Source of the DNA: Methanocorpusculum sp.
GTDB lineage: Archaea; Halobacteriota; Methanomicrobia; Methanomicrobiales; Methanocorpusculaceae
Direction: 5' to 3'
Assembly (NCBI GenBank): GCA_029987115.1
Contig: DALTWK010000003.1
Coordinates: 39,661-103,660 of the forward strand
DNA: 64,000 bases
Shown: positions 48,198-57,113 of the stretch, piece by piece
How the letters are laid out: each line of letters starts with the position of its first letter
Position numbering within the stretch: the stretch's first letter is position 1
The notes under the pieces: model-generated
The model's database searches: none
What the model saw: only the letters and a program-made list of their open reading frames with translations
What the model was told of the DNA's origin: nothing
Program-made: the position numbers and the translations under genes

Positions 48198-48866
48198 ATG
48201 ACATCAAGTTATGCGATTAGCATCTTAGCCGAAAATAAGACAGGAATTCTTCGGGATATTGGTGCTGTATGTGCCAATACCAATGCAAACATAGCATCGA
48301 TTCAGCAGGAAACGCCAGAGATTGGAGAAGCAGCTGGTCATCCAATTCTTGATTTGGAAGTGGAGTTTGATGGAAATATAGATATCCTCGTGGATAATCT
48401 CCGTTCTATTTCCGGCGTAATCGATGTGCATCTACACAGTACGGCAAAAGAGATTTTCGGTAAGCGTGTTATTGTGATGGGGGGAGGTGCTCAGGTTGCA
48501 CAGGTTGCAATGGGTGCAGTCAACGAAGCAGATCGCCATAATATTAGAGGGGAACGTATTTCAGTAGATACAATTCCGCTTGTGGGAGAAGAGAATCTTG
48601 CCAAAGCTGTGGAAGCAGTTACTCGTCTTCCGCGTGCAGCAATTCTTGTTCTCGCAGGTTCTCTGATGGGTGGAGACATCACCGATTCAATTCGGTATGT
48701 GCAGTCCAAAGGTATTCCTGTTATTTCTCTAAAAATGGCTGGGAGCGCCTCTTCTGCGGCGGATCTTGTGGTAACCGATCCGATTCAAGCAGGAGTAATG
48801 GCAGTTATGCATGTTAGTAATGTCGGTGTTTTTGACGTTGCGCGTGTCAGAGGAAAAGAGTTCTAA
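48198..48866 (+). CDS. ACT-domain plus DUF5612 protein (methanogen-conserved)
   Basis: ENKTGILRDI (ACT); GGGAQVAQVA.GAV.EADRHNIRGERISVDT, DPIQAG. Confidence 0.88.
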   Translation: MTSSYAISILAENKTGILRDIGAVCANTNANIASIQQETPEIGEAAGHPILDLEVEFDGNIDILVDNLRSISGVIDVHLHSTAKEIFGKRVIVMGGGAQVAQVAMGAVNEADRHNIRGERISVDTIPLVGEENLAKAVEAVTRLPRAAILVLAGSLMGGDITDSIRYVQSKGIPVISLKMAGSASSAADLVVTDPIQAGVMAVMHVSNVGVFDVARVRGKEF

Positions 48867-48868
48867 TT

Positions 48869-49483
48869 ATGGCGGAATTATCATCATCTCATTATGAAAT
48901 GTCTGAAGACGAGAAGGTCGAAAAGGCTGTTTCTGTTCTTCGGCGTGATGGACTTGTTGTCTATCCTACGGAAACTGTCTACGGACTTGGTGCAGACGCT
49001 CTTTCCGAGAATGCTGTTTTGAAAGTATTTGAAGCTAAAAATCGTCCATTGGGAAAACCAATCTCAGTTGCAGTCTCCGACATTGAGATGATTTTTGGAA
49101 TTGCGCACGTTGATGAGTTTGCAGAAGCATTCATCACCAAGTTTCTGCCTGGGCCGGTAACTGTGGTACTGCCTGTGAAAAATTGTCTTCCGGAAGACCT
49201 GACTGGTGGGACAGGAACAATCGGCATTCGTTATCCTGATCATGAACTTGCTTTGAAAATAATAGCAGCACTCGATTCTCCGATTACATCAACCTCTGCT
49301 AACATTTCCGGTGAGATATCTCCTACTACTGCTGAGATGGTGAACGTTCCGCACGATTTCCTTGTTGAAGGGGGTACGCTTCCGGGAACTCCCAGTACAG
49401 TTGTGAATTTAGCAGAACGTTGTATTGAACGCCCAGGTGCTATGATTGATGAAGTTGCCCACTTCTTGAAACACGGACACTGA
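48869..49483 (+). CDS. sua5: L-threonylcarbamoyladenylate synthase (YrdC/TsaC domain only)
   Basis: YPTETVYGLGA, K.RP..KP, PGP.T, GIRYP, TSANISG, PSTVV. Confidence 0.93.
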   Translation: MAELSSSHYEMSEDEKVEKAVSVLRRDGLVVYPTETVYGLGADALSENAVLKVFEAKNRPLGKPISVAVSDIEMIFGIAHVDEFAEAFITKFLPGPVTVVLPVKNCLPEDLTGGTGTIGIRYPDHELALKIIAALDSPITSTSANISGEISPTTAEMVNVPHDFLVEGGTLPGTPSTVVNLAERCIERPGAMIDEVAHFLKHGH

Positions 49484-51888
49484 TGAAAAAAACCTTTACT
49501 GTATACGGCATGTCTTGCCAAGCATGCGCCCTCAATGTAGAACGTGCAGTAAAAAAAGTAACAGGTGTTGACTATGCAGAAGTTAACCTTCTATCTAATA
49601 CGCTCGAGGTTGAATCATCTGAAATATCTGATGAACTCATCTGCGATGCAGTAAAAAATGCGGGATACTCGGCAGTTTCAGGGAGAAAAACAGTAACTCC
49701 TGAGTATGTCAGGATGAAGAAACGACTTATTCTCTCTATTTGTTTTCTGATTCCATTGCTCTATGTTTCTTTTGGTCCATTCCTTGGTTTTCCCCTTCCC
49801 GCATCACTTGGGATTCAAGCTGTCATTCTTTTTATCCTTACTGCCGTCTTAATTGTTCTGAACCGAAAGTTTTTCTTTCAAGGCATCCCCGCTTTATTCC
49901 GTGGGCATCCGAATATGGATTCACTGGTGTCCCTTGGTGCTGCAGCGGCAATTCTCTACAGCATCGCCATTACTATCCTGTATTTTGTATTTGGTACACC
50001 AATTCAGCATCTCTACTACGAATCGGCGGGTATGATTCTGACTTTAGTTACGATTGGCAAGTATCTGGAGTCACGTTCAAAAGGAAAAACGACCGAGGCG
50101 ATTTCTCGATTACTTGATTTGTCTCCGCAGAGTGCGACGGTTTTACGAGAGAATGATGAAATTACAATCCCGATTTCCGATGTGATTATTGGTGATATTG
50201 TTGTTGTTCGTCCGGGTGGGAGAATTCCTGTTGACGGGATTGTAGTTGAGGGTAATTCCGCAATTGACACCTCATCTATTACTGGGGAAAGTCTTCCTGT
50301 AACCAAAGGCGTTGGAGACGCTGTGCAGGCGGGTACTATCTGCCAATATGGAAGAATTCATATACGCTCGGAGAAAGTTGGAGAGGATACGACACTTGCT
50401 CAGATTATTAATCTGGTACGTGATGCATCTGCTTCAAAGGCACCGATTGCCCGTCTTGCTGATAAGGTAAGCGGCATTTTTGTACCTGCTGTTATTGCTA
50501 TCGCTCTTATTGTCTTTGGTGTCTGGATGATTGCAGGAGCAGAACTTTCCTTCGCTCTTTCTGTTGCAATATCTGTTCTGGTAATTTCCTGTCCGTGTGC
50601 GCTTGGTCTTGCAACGCCGGTTGCAATTATGGTTGGTACCGGGAAAGCGGCGTCCCTTGGAATTCTAATCAAATCTGCAGAAGCACTAGAAACAACAGGA
50701 AATGCTGATACGATTGTCTTTGATAAAACCGGAACCCTAACAACCGGTACTCCTGTTATTACTGCCATCCAACCTGTAAATTCTATAACTGATGATGAAT
50801 TCCTCCATATTGTAGCATCATTGGAAAAGCCGTCAAATCATCCTTTGTCTCGTGCAGTTGTTAGATACTGTACTGAGCGAAATATCCCTGGGGAAGCGGT
50901 GTCTGCATTTCGTGCGGTTCCTGGAAGGGGAGTGTCTGCAGATATTGGCGGAATCACAGCATTAGCCGGTAATCGTGTATTCCTTGAAGAACAAGGAATA
51001 TCCCATATCCCCTCCGGAGATGCTACGATTTTTGTTGCGTACAATGGTCGTTATTTAGGAAGTCTTTCACTCTCGGATTCAATTCGTCCAACGGCCAAAG
51101 AGGCTGTTGATGAACTCCATCGTCACGGATTGTCGACGGTTATGCTCACAGGAGATTCAACTGCTGTTGCAGAACACGTCTCCCAAGAACTTGGTATTGC
51201 TTCCTATGCTGCAGCACTTCTTCCAGCGGATAAAGATGCAAAAATCCGTATGCTTCAGAGTGAAGGCCACTCCGTTGTGATGGTGGGTGATGGTATCAAT
51301 GATGCTCCTGCACTTGTACGTGCTGACATAGGCATAGCCGTCGGAACCGGAACTGATGTTGCGATAGATTCTGCCGATATTGTTCTGATGAACAGTGATC
51401 CGTTGACAGTTGTGGCAGCGGTTTCTTTGAGCCGGAAAACAATACAGATAATCAAGCAGAATCTTTTCTGGGCATTTATTTACAACATCATTTGTATTCC
51501 CTTGGCTGCTGGTGTGTTCTATGCCATCTTTGGATTCCTCCTGCCCCCAGGCATCGCTGCTCTTGCTATGAGCTGTTCATCTGTGTGTGTCGTTTTCAAT
51601 GCACTTCGTCTTCGCCGTTTTAAAATGTCAGGGAGTGAAGTTGATAATGCAGAAAAATCCAATACAGTATTCATGAAGAAAACGATTCACGTGGAAGGTA
51701 TGATGTGCAAACACTGCCAGACAGCCGTTGTCAATGCGCTCAAGGGAATTGATGGGGTTACCTCCGTCGATGTCAGTCTTGAAAAGAAAACTGCGGTTGT
51801 TGAGCTTTCCAAAGATATTGCGGATAGTATTTTAGTTGATGCAGTTATCGCCGCCGATTTTGAAGTAATCGGTGTCGATACGGAATAA
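49483..51888 (+). CDS. copA: P1B-1 Cu(I)-translocating P-type ATPase with N- and C-terminal HMA domains
   Basis: GMSCQAC, TGES, CPCALGLATP, DKTGTLT, SNHP, GDGIND, YN, MSCSS, GMMCKHC. Confidence 0.94.
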   Translation: MKKTFTVYGMSCQACALNVERAVKKVTGVDYAEVNLLSNTLEVESSEISDELICDAVKNAGYSAVSGRKTVTPEYVRMKKRLILSICFLIPLLYVSFGPFLGFPLPASLGIQAVILFILTAVLIVLNRKFFFQGIPALFRGHPNMDSLVSLGAAAAILYSIAITILYFVFGTPIQHLYYESAGMILTLVTIGKYLESRSKGKTTEAISRLLDLSPQSATVLRENDEITIPISDVIIGDIVVVRPGGRIPVDGIVVEGNSAIDTSSITGESLPVTKGVGDAVQAGTICQYGRIHIRSEKVGEDTTLAQIINLVRDASASKAPIARLADKVSGIFVPAVIAIALIVFGVWMIAGAELSFALSVAISVLVISCPCALGLATPVAIMVGTGKAASLGILIKSAEALETTGNADTIVFDKTGTLTTGTPVITAIQPVNSITDDEFLHIVASLEKPSNHPLSRAVVRYCTERNIPGEAVSAFRAVPGRGVSADIGGITALAGNRVFLEEQGISHIPSGDATIFVAYNGRYLGSLSLSDSIRPTAKEAVDELHRHGLSTVMLTGDSTAVAEHVSQELGIASYAAALLPADKDAKIRMLQSEGHSVVMVGDGINDAPALVRADIGIAVGTGTDVAIDSADIVLMNSDPLTVVAAVSLSRKTIQIIKQNLFWAFIYNIICIPLAAGVFYAIFGFLLPPGIAALAMSCSSVCVVFNALRLRRFKMSGSEVDNAEKSNTVFMKKTIHVEGMMCKHCQTAVVNALKGIDGVTSVDVSLEKKTAVVELSKDIADSILVDAVIAADFEVIGVDTE

Positions 51889-51945
51889 CTTTTTTTTTCA
51901 AAGTAGTTTCTTATTCTTTGAGTGGTAAATAGATAAGCAACTCGT

Positions 51946-53553
51946 ATGCCAACCACTACCTCCAAGACGTATCTCTTGTCCCAGTCTTCTGTTCAGGAGA
52001 TGAGTTATCTTACTGCTGAGACCTTGAAAGAAGATAAGATTGACTCTCATGATGCAGAACTTCTGCACTCAGCAGTTGAATCCGTTCTGGAAAAATGGCT
52101 TGATGGTCTTGGAGAGGGAGCTGAGTGTTCTTTCCATGCTGGGAAGAAACTTGGTCGGCAGTATATTTCTTTGACTGCAGTGGGTCAAAGAGTAAATCCG
52201 TTCGGTAAAGAAGGTGATTGTGTCTTAAATGGAGGAAACTCGGTTCAGACACTTCTTGCTAACATCGGTCTTGCACCGTCATATCATTACGTCAATGGCG
52301 AAAATCAGATAACTATTCTTCCGAAACGGAGAAAAATCAATCCACTTATTAACCTCGGCATTGCAATTGCCTTTGGTATTATCGTTGGTTTGTTATGTCA
52401 TTTGCTTCCCGATGATATGCGCTATGCTCTTTCAGAAGTTGTTATAGGTCCGATTTTCAATGCGTTTATCGGTGTGCTGATTGCGGTAGCACTTCCAATG
52501 ATGTTCTTATCTTTAGTGTGGGGTATTTTTAGTATTGGCGATACTGCAACACTTGGCAACATAGGCAAAAAAGTCATTGGGAGATACCTTGGGCGCATTG
52601 TGTTTACCCTTTTTGTATGTCTTGCCATCTCAATACCATTCTTCAACATCACGTTCTCAGGAGGGATTGAAGGGGGAGGGGATTTGGTATCGATCTGGAA
52701 CCTGATTCTTGGCATCATTCCGAAGAATCTGATAACACCGTTTTCGGAAGGCAATACTCTGCAGATTATCTTTTTGGCAGCAGTATTCGGTCTTGCGTTG
52801 CTCGTTCTGAAAAAGAAGATACCAGTGGTTGTTCAATTCATAGGACAGGCAAACAGTATTATCCAGCTAATTATGGAATGGATTACTGCGCTTCTTCCAG
52901 TAATTGTCTCTGTCAGTGTGCTGAATCTGATGTTGACCGATGTTATATCTGATGTTTCCCAGTTTGGTCTTCTCTTCCTTGTTCTGATCTTGTCTGTACT
53001 TGCCAACATGTTTTTGATGGGGTGTGAAGTTTCTCTCTTCCAGAAAATATCTCCCAAAGTCCTGCTGAAAAAAATTGCACCTACATTTCTCATTGCATTA
53101 TCCACTGCATCATCCGCTGCGACCTTCTCTACCAACATGGATTGTTGCGAACGTCGCATGGGTATCACCAAGAAACTGGTGAACTTCGGTGTTCCACTTG
53201 GAACTGCTTTTTCCCGTCCAGGTCATGCGGTCACCTTCTTCTGTGTTTGTTTGTTCATGGCGAGTTATTATGGTGTTACCATGTCGGTTGCATGGGTGTT
53301 TGCCGCTCTTCTGACTTCCGGTCTTCTTGCTCTTGCAGTTCCCCCAGTTCCAGGAGGGGGAATCGTTTGTTACTCAATCCTTTTCCTTCAACTTGGCATT
53401 CCTGTTGAGGCACTGGCAATCGCAGTTGTTCTGGAAATCCTCCTCGATTTCATCAGTACAGCGTTAAACATGGTTGCAGTACCGGCGGATTTAATCAGAG
53501 TTGCAAACAAACTGGATATGATTGACAAAGAGACGTTGAAACGCGACAATTGA
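51946..53553 (+). CDS. Dicarboxylate/amino acid:cation symporter (DAACS) with N-terminal soluble extension
   Basis: IIPKN...PF.EGN.LQIIF, STASSAAT, VPLG, PPVPGG, LDF..TALN. Confidence 0.9.
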   Translation: MPTTTSKTYLLSQSSVQEMSYLTAETLKEDKIDSHDAELLHSAVESVLEKWLDGLGEGAECSFHAGKKLGRQYISLTAVGQRVNPFGKEGDCVLNGGNSVQTLLANIGLAPSYHYVNGENQITILPKRRKINPLINLGIAIAFGIIVGLLCHLLPDDMRYALSEVVIGPIFNAFIGVLIAVALPMMFLSLVWGIFSIGDTATLGNIGKKVIGRYLGRIVFTLFVCLAISIPFFNITFSGGIEGGGDLVSIWNLILGIIPKNLITPFSEGNTLQIIFLAAVFGLALLVLKKKIPVVVQFIGQANSIIQLIMEWITALLPVIVSVSVLNLMLTDVISDVSQFGLLFLVLILSVLANMFLMGCEVSLFQKISPKVLLKKIAPTFLIALSTASSAATFSTNMDCCERRMGITKKLVNFGVPLGTAFSRPGHAVTFFCVCLFMASYYGVTMSVAWVFAALLTSGLLALAVPPVPGGGIVCYSILFLQLGIPVEALAIAVVLEILLDFISTALNMVAVPADLIRVANKLDMIDKETLKRDN

Positions 53554-53598
53554 GACACACAATATTTAACCCCCAGAAAATCAAAGATATCAATACGT

Positions 53599-54201
53599 AT
53601 GGTGGACAAGCGCACTCTTACCGTGAGCGTCACAATTAATCTTGGGAATTATGAGAATCTGAAACTCGAAGTTACTGATACGGCAGAAACTCTTGAGGAA
53701 GCAGACGGTCTTCGCAGATTCCTAGCTGATGTTTTAGACGGATATGGAAATAACAACGCCACTGCCAAATCATCGATTGATAAATACAAAGAACGCATCC
53801 TCGCAGAAAAAGAATCGGAGTCTGTGTTTGAGGAGAGTGCTTTTGAACCTGTTTCTCTTCCGAAAATTGATGAGCCTGAAAATACTACTGTGCCGGATCT
53901 TCCCTTGTTCATGTCGTTTGGTGATGAGCCGGAAACAAAAGAAACAGCATCTGCCGAACCGATTGAATCATCAGATACCTTTGAAGTTCTCAGTTCAGAA
54001 GTAGCTCCGGAACCAGGTATTTCACCACAGGTTCGAGATGAATTCCCGCTTCCGCAGGCACCAGTAACTGCTCCAATACATGAACCGCAGCCGCATTCCG
54101 AGTTTGTCTGTTCCAAATGTGGTGCCCCGGTCACGAAAATGCAACGCGATATATCAATGCTGTTCAATCACAAAATTCTCTGCAAGGACTGCATGAAATG
54201 A
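53599..54201 (+). CDS. Hypothetical protein: conserved-looking N-domain, acidic Pro-rich linker, C-terminal C4 zinc finger
   Basis: VTINLGNYENLKLEV; CSKCG...LCKDC at the C-terminus. Confidence 0.75.
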   Translation: MVDKRTLTVSVTINLGNYENLKLEVTDTAETLEEADGLRRFLADVLDGYGNNNATAKSSIDKYKERILAEKESESVFEESAFEPVSLPKIDEPENTTVPDLPLFMSFGDEPETKETASAEPIESSDTFEVLSSEVAPEPGISPQVRDEFPLPQAPVTAPIHEPQPHSEFVCSKCGAPVTKMQRDISMLFNHKILCKDCMK

Positions 54202-55346
54202 AAAAGAATCTCCTTTCCTGGGAAGAGACACTTTTCCGTGATCCAGATGTATTTGAATTAAACTACGTTCCGGAACAATTTGACTACCGTGATGAACAGA
54301 CAGAAACACTTGCTTTCGCCATCCGCCCCGGTCTTCGTGGCGGAAAGATTCTGGATACGGTATGTCGCGGCCCCCCGTCAACAGGAAAAACAACCTCTGT
54401 GAAGAAAATCTTTGAGGAAGTTGTAGAGACAACGAAATCTATAGTTCCGGTATATGTTAACTGCCGAATTGACAATACAGAATATGCTATTCTCACGCGG
54501 ATTTATACAGAACTGACGAAATTTGGAGCTCCTCCGTCGGGAACGTCAGTTCGCCAGATTCTTGACTTTATCGGGCAGTATATCCAAAAAGAAGGAGTTC
54601 AGCCATTAGTCTGTCTAGATGATGCAAACTACCTCATCTATGATGATCATTTCAACGAGGTTCTTTATCCTCTTTCACGTATTCATGAGACATATCCTGG
54701 AATATATATGGGATTAATTGTCATAATCAGTGATCCTGAAATTGACTTATTAGAAAAAATGGATGTTCGTGTTCAGTCAACGTTCCATCCAGAAATAATA
54801 CACTATCCTCCCTATTCTGCACGGGAGATGGCAGGTATTCTCGATACACGTGTGAAAGCAGGTCTCTTCCCGCATGTTTTTCCACCTGATATTCTGGATA
54901 AAGTCGTTGAACACTGTATGGCGGTGGGAGATGTGCGTATGGGTTTAAACCTGATTAAGCGTTCTGTTCTCTATGCAGAACGTGCGGCTCGTAAAGTTGT
55001 CTCGGAAGAAGATTTGGATAAAGCGATTATTTCCGCACGCGATTCCCAGTTGAGCGATTTGTTGATTTATCTGTCAAATGATGAGAAACTTGTTTTGAAA
55101 ACTGCTGCTGAACTCTTTACGCCGGAAAAATCTCCAACAACTAAAGAAATCATCAATGCTCTACCGCCTACCGGTCCGAAATTAACTAAAGTTAGTGAAA
55201 TCTTCAATCGTCTGGAAAAACTCCGGTTAATTGACCTAGAATATTCGAATGCAGGGTCAGGAAGGCGTCGTTTTGTTCATATTCATGGAGATTTCCAGGA
55301 ACTACTGCGTGTTCTGTCTAATCAGGGAGAACTCATCAATCAATAA
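54198..55346 (+). CDS. cdc6: Orc1/Cdc6 replication initiation protein
   Basis: TLFRDP.VFE..YVPE, GPPSTGKT, YVNC, LDDAN, GDVR.G; C-terminal wHTH; ATGA overlap with the upstream gene. Confidence 0.92.
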   Translation: MKKNLLSWEETLFRDPDVFELNYVPEQFDYRDEQTETLAFAIRPGLRGGKILDTVCRGPPSTGKTTSVKKIFEEVVETTKSIVPVYVNCRIDNTEYAILTRIYTELTKFGAPPSGTSVRQILDFIGQYIQKEGVQPLVCLDDANYLIYDDHFNEVLYPLSRIHETYPGIYMGLIVIISDPEIDLLEKMDVRVQSTFHPEIIHYPPYSAREMAGILDTRVKAGLFPHVFPPDILDKVVEHCMAVGDVRMGLNLIKRSVLYAERAARKVVSEEDLDKAIISARDSQLSDLLIYLSNDEKLVLKTAAELFTPEKSPTTKEIINALPPTGPKLTKVSEIFNRLEKLRLIDLEYSNAGSGRRRFVHIHGDFQELLRVLSNQGELINQ

Positions 55347-55405
55347 CTATTATCTATTTTCCATGCGTATATCTGAATACTATCCTTCCATAAGGGGGTT
55401 GTATT

Positions 55406-56353
55406 TTGGTAGTAAGTGTAAACGAATTAGGACTTGATCTCTTCGAAGAATTCGCAGAGAATGCAGACTGGTTAAATGTCGCATACCACGAACTTGACAA
55501 CGGAGCACGCATCATTGATTGTGGTGTTGCAGTACCGGGCGGATATGGCGCAGGTGACTACTTCACCCGTATCTGCATGGGCGGACTTGGTGACGTTTCC
55601 TTCCGCGAGGGACTCGTTGGCAACATTCCAATGCAGTTTATCGACATCAGCACCGATTTCCCGGCAATCTCCTGCCTTGGTTCCCAGAAAGCAGGATGGA
55701 CTGTTAAGGTAGATAATTTCTTTGCAATGGGTTCCGGACCGGCACGTGCATTATCTCTCCAACCGAAACACACCTATGATGTTATTGGATACCAGGATGA
55801 ATGCGAAAGCACCGTTATCTGTCTTGAAGCAGATCACCTTCCGAATGAAGCTGTCATCAACTATATTGCAGAGAAATGTAATGTTGCCCCATCCAATGTA
55901 TGTGCAGTAGTTGCACCTACCTCTTCTATTGTTGGCTCTATTCAGGTTGCAGGACGCTGTGTTGAGACCTGTATCTACAAGCTCAATGAACTTGGATTTG
56001 ACACTACGAAGATTCTTGCAGCAGCAGGCAGTGCACCGGTCCCGCCGGTAAGAGGCCCGAAGCTTGCAATGGGAGTCACCAACGATGCAGGTATTTACTA
56101 CGGACAGATTTATCTGACCGTTAACGCACCGGAAATTGCAGACTATGCAGAAAAGATTCCAAGCTGCGCTTCTGAAGGATATGGACAGCCGTTCAACGAA
56201 GTCTTCAAAGCAGCAGGATACGATTTCTACAAGATTGACAAGAGCCTGTTCTCTCCTGCTGAAGTTGTCATTAACGAAGTATCCTCTGGAAAAGTCTACC
56301 ACGTCGGCAAAGTCGACGCTGATGTCACGCTTAAATCCTTCGGTCTGGCATAA
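55406..56353 (+). CDS. mch: Methenyltetrahydromethanopterin cyclohydrolase
   Basis: TTG start; IDCGV, ICMGGL, CLGSQKAGW, MGSGPARAL, TND...YYG, DFYKID..LFSPA. Confidence 0.96.
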   Translation: MVVSVNELGLDLFEEFAENADWLNVAYHELDNGARIIDCGVAVPGGYGAGDYFTRICMGGLGDVSFREGLVGNIPMQFIDISTDFPAISCLGSQKAGWTVKVDNFFAMGSGPARALSLQPKHTYDVIGYQDECESTVICLEADHLPNEAVINYIAEKCNVAPSNVCAVVAPTSSIVGSIQVAGRCVETCIYKLNELGFDTTKILAAAGSAPVPPVRGPKLAMGVTNDAGIYYGQIYLTVNAPEIADYAEKIPSCASEGYGQPFNEVFKAAGYDFYKIDKSLFSPAEVVINEVSSGKVYHVGKVDADVTLKSFGLA

Positions 56354-56427
56354 ATTAGATGCGGGGATTACCCCCCTCATTTTTCCAAAGGATTAATAGC
56401 ATAGAATGAGAATCTAATAAGGTAATT

Positions 56428-56501
56428 GGACTCATGGTCTAGGTGGTTATGACGCCAGCCTTACATGCTGGAGGTCAGGGGTTCGAATCCCTTTGGGTCC
56501 A
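56428..56501 (+). tRNA. tRNA-Val(TAC)
   Basis: Acceptor GGACTCA/TGGGTCC; CCAGC-CTTACAT-GCTGG; TTCGAAT. Confidence 0.96.
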
Positions 56502-56511
56502 CTCGTTTTTT

Positions 56512-57111
56512 ATGACAACTATTGCGATTCTTGATTATGGTGTTGGAAATCTCAGAAGTGTTTCTCGCGGCCTTGCAGCAGCGGGTTGTACTCCTGTAAT
56601 TACCAACAGTCAAGAAGTTATTCATGCAGCAGATGGTATTCTTCTTCCCGGTGTCGGTGCCTTCGGAGAAGGAATGAAGAAACTTTTACCGCTTATTCCA
56701 CTTTTGAAAGAGGAAATTGAGGATAAACCGCTTCTTGGCATTTGTCTTGGTATGCAGATGCTGCTTGAAGGGAGTGAGGAGCATGGTTTTAATGAAGGGT
56801 TATCGTTAATTCCAGGACAAATCCGTCTCTTTCCTAAATCAGTCGGAAAAATCCCTCATATGGGATGGAACACCATTTATCCTGCAAATCATCCCCTTTT
56901 TGATGATGTTGAATCGGGGACCTATGTTTATTTTGTCCATTCCTATTACGCGGATACAACTCCAGAATATTCCATTGCGGAAACAGAATATGGAATCAGA
57001 TACTCATCTGCAGTTGCCCGTGGAAACGTAATGGGCACACAATTCCATCCGGAAAAAAGTGGAGAGGATGGTCTAAGAATTCTCTCAAATTTTGTTTCCC
57101 TTTGCGAATAA
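56512..57111 (+). CDS. hisH: Imidazole glycerol phosphate synthase glutaminase subunit
   Basis: DYGVGNL.SV, LPGVGAF, GICLGMQ, PHMGWN, YFVHSY, QFHPEKS. Confidence 0.96.
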   Translation: MTTIAILDYGVGNLRSVSRGLAAAGCTPVITNSQEVIHAADGILLPGVGAFGEGMKKLLPLIPLLKEEIEDKPLLGICLGMQMLLEGSEEHGFNEGLSLIPGQIRLFPKSVGKIPHMGWNTIYPANHPLFDDVESGTYVYFVHSYYADTTPEYSIAETEYGIRYSSAVARGNVMGTQFHPEKSGEDGLRILSNFVSLCE

Positions 57112-57113
57112 TC

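Noticed and set aside
53553..55405. Replication origin next to cdc6
   Set aside because: cdc6 overlaps its upstream gene and the flanking spacers are under 60 nt; no ORB repeats or AT-rich unwinding element seen
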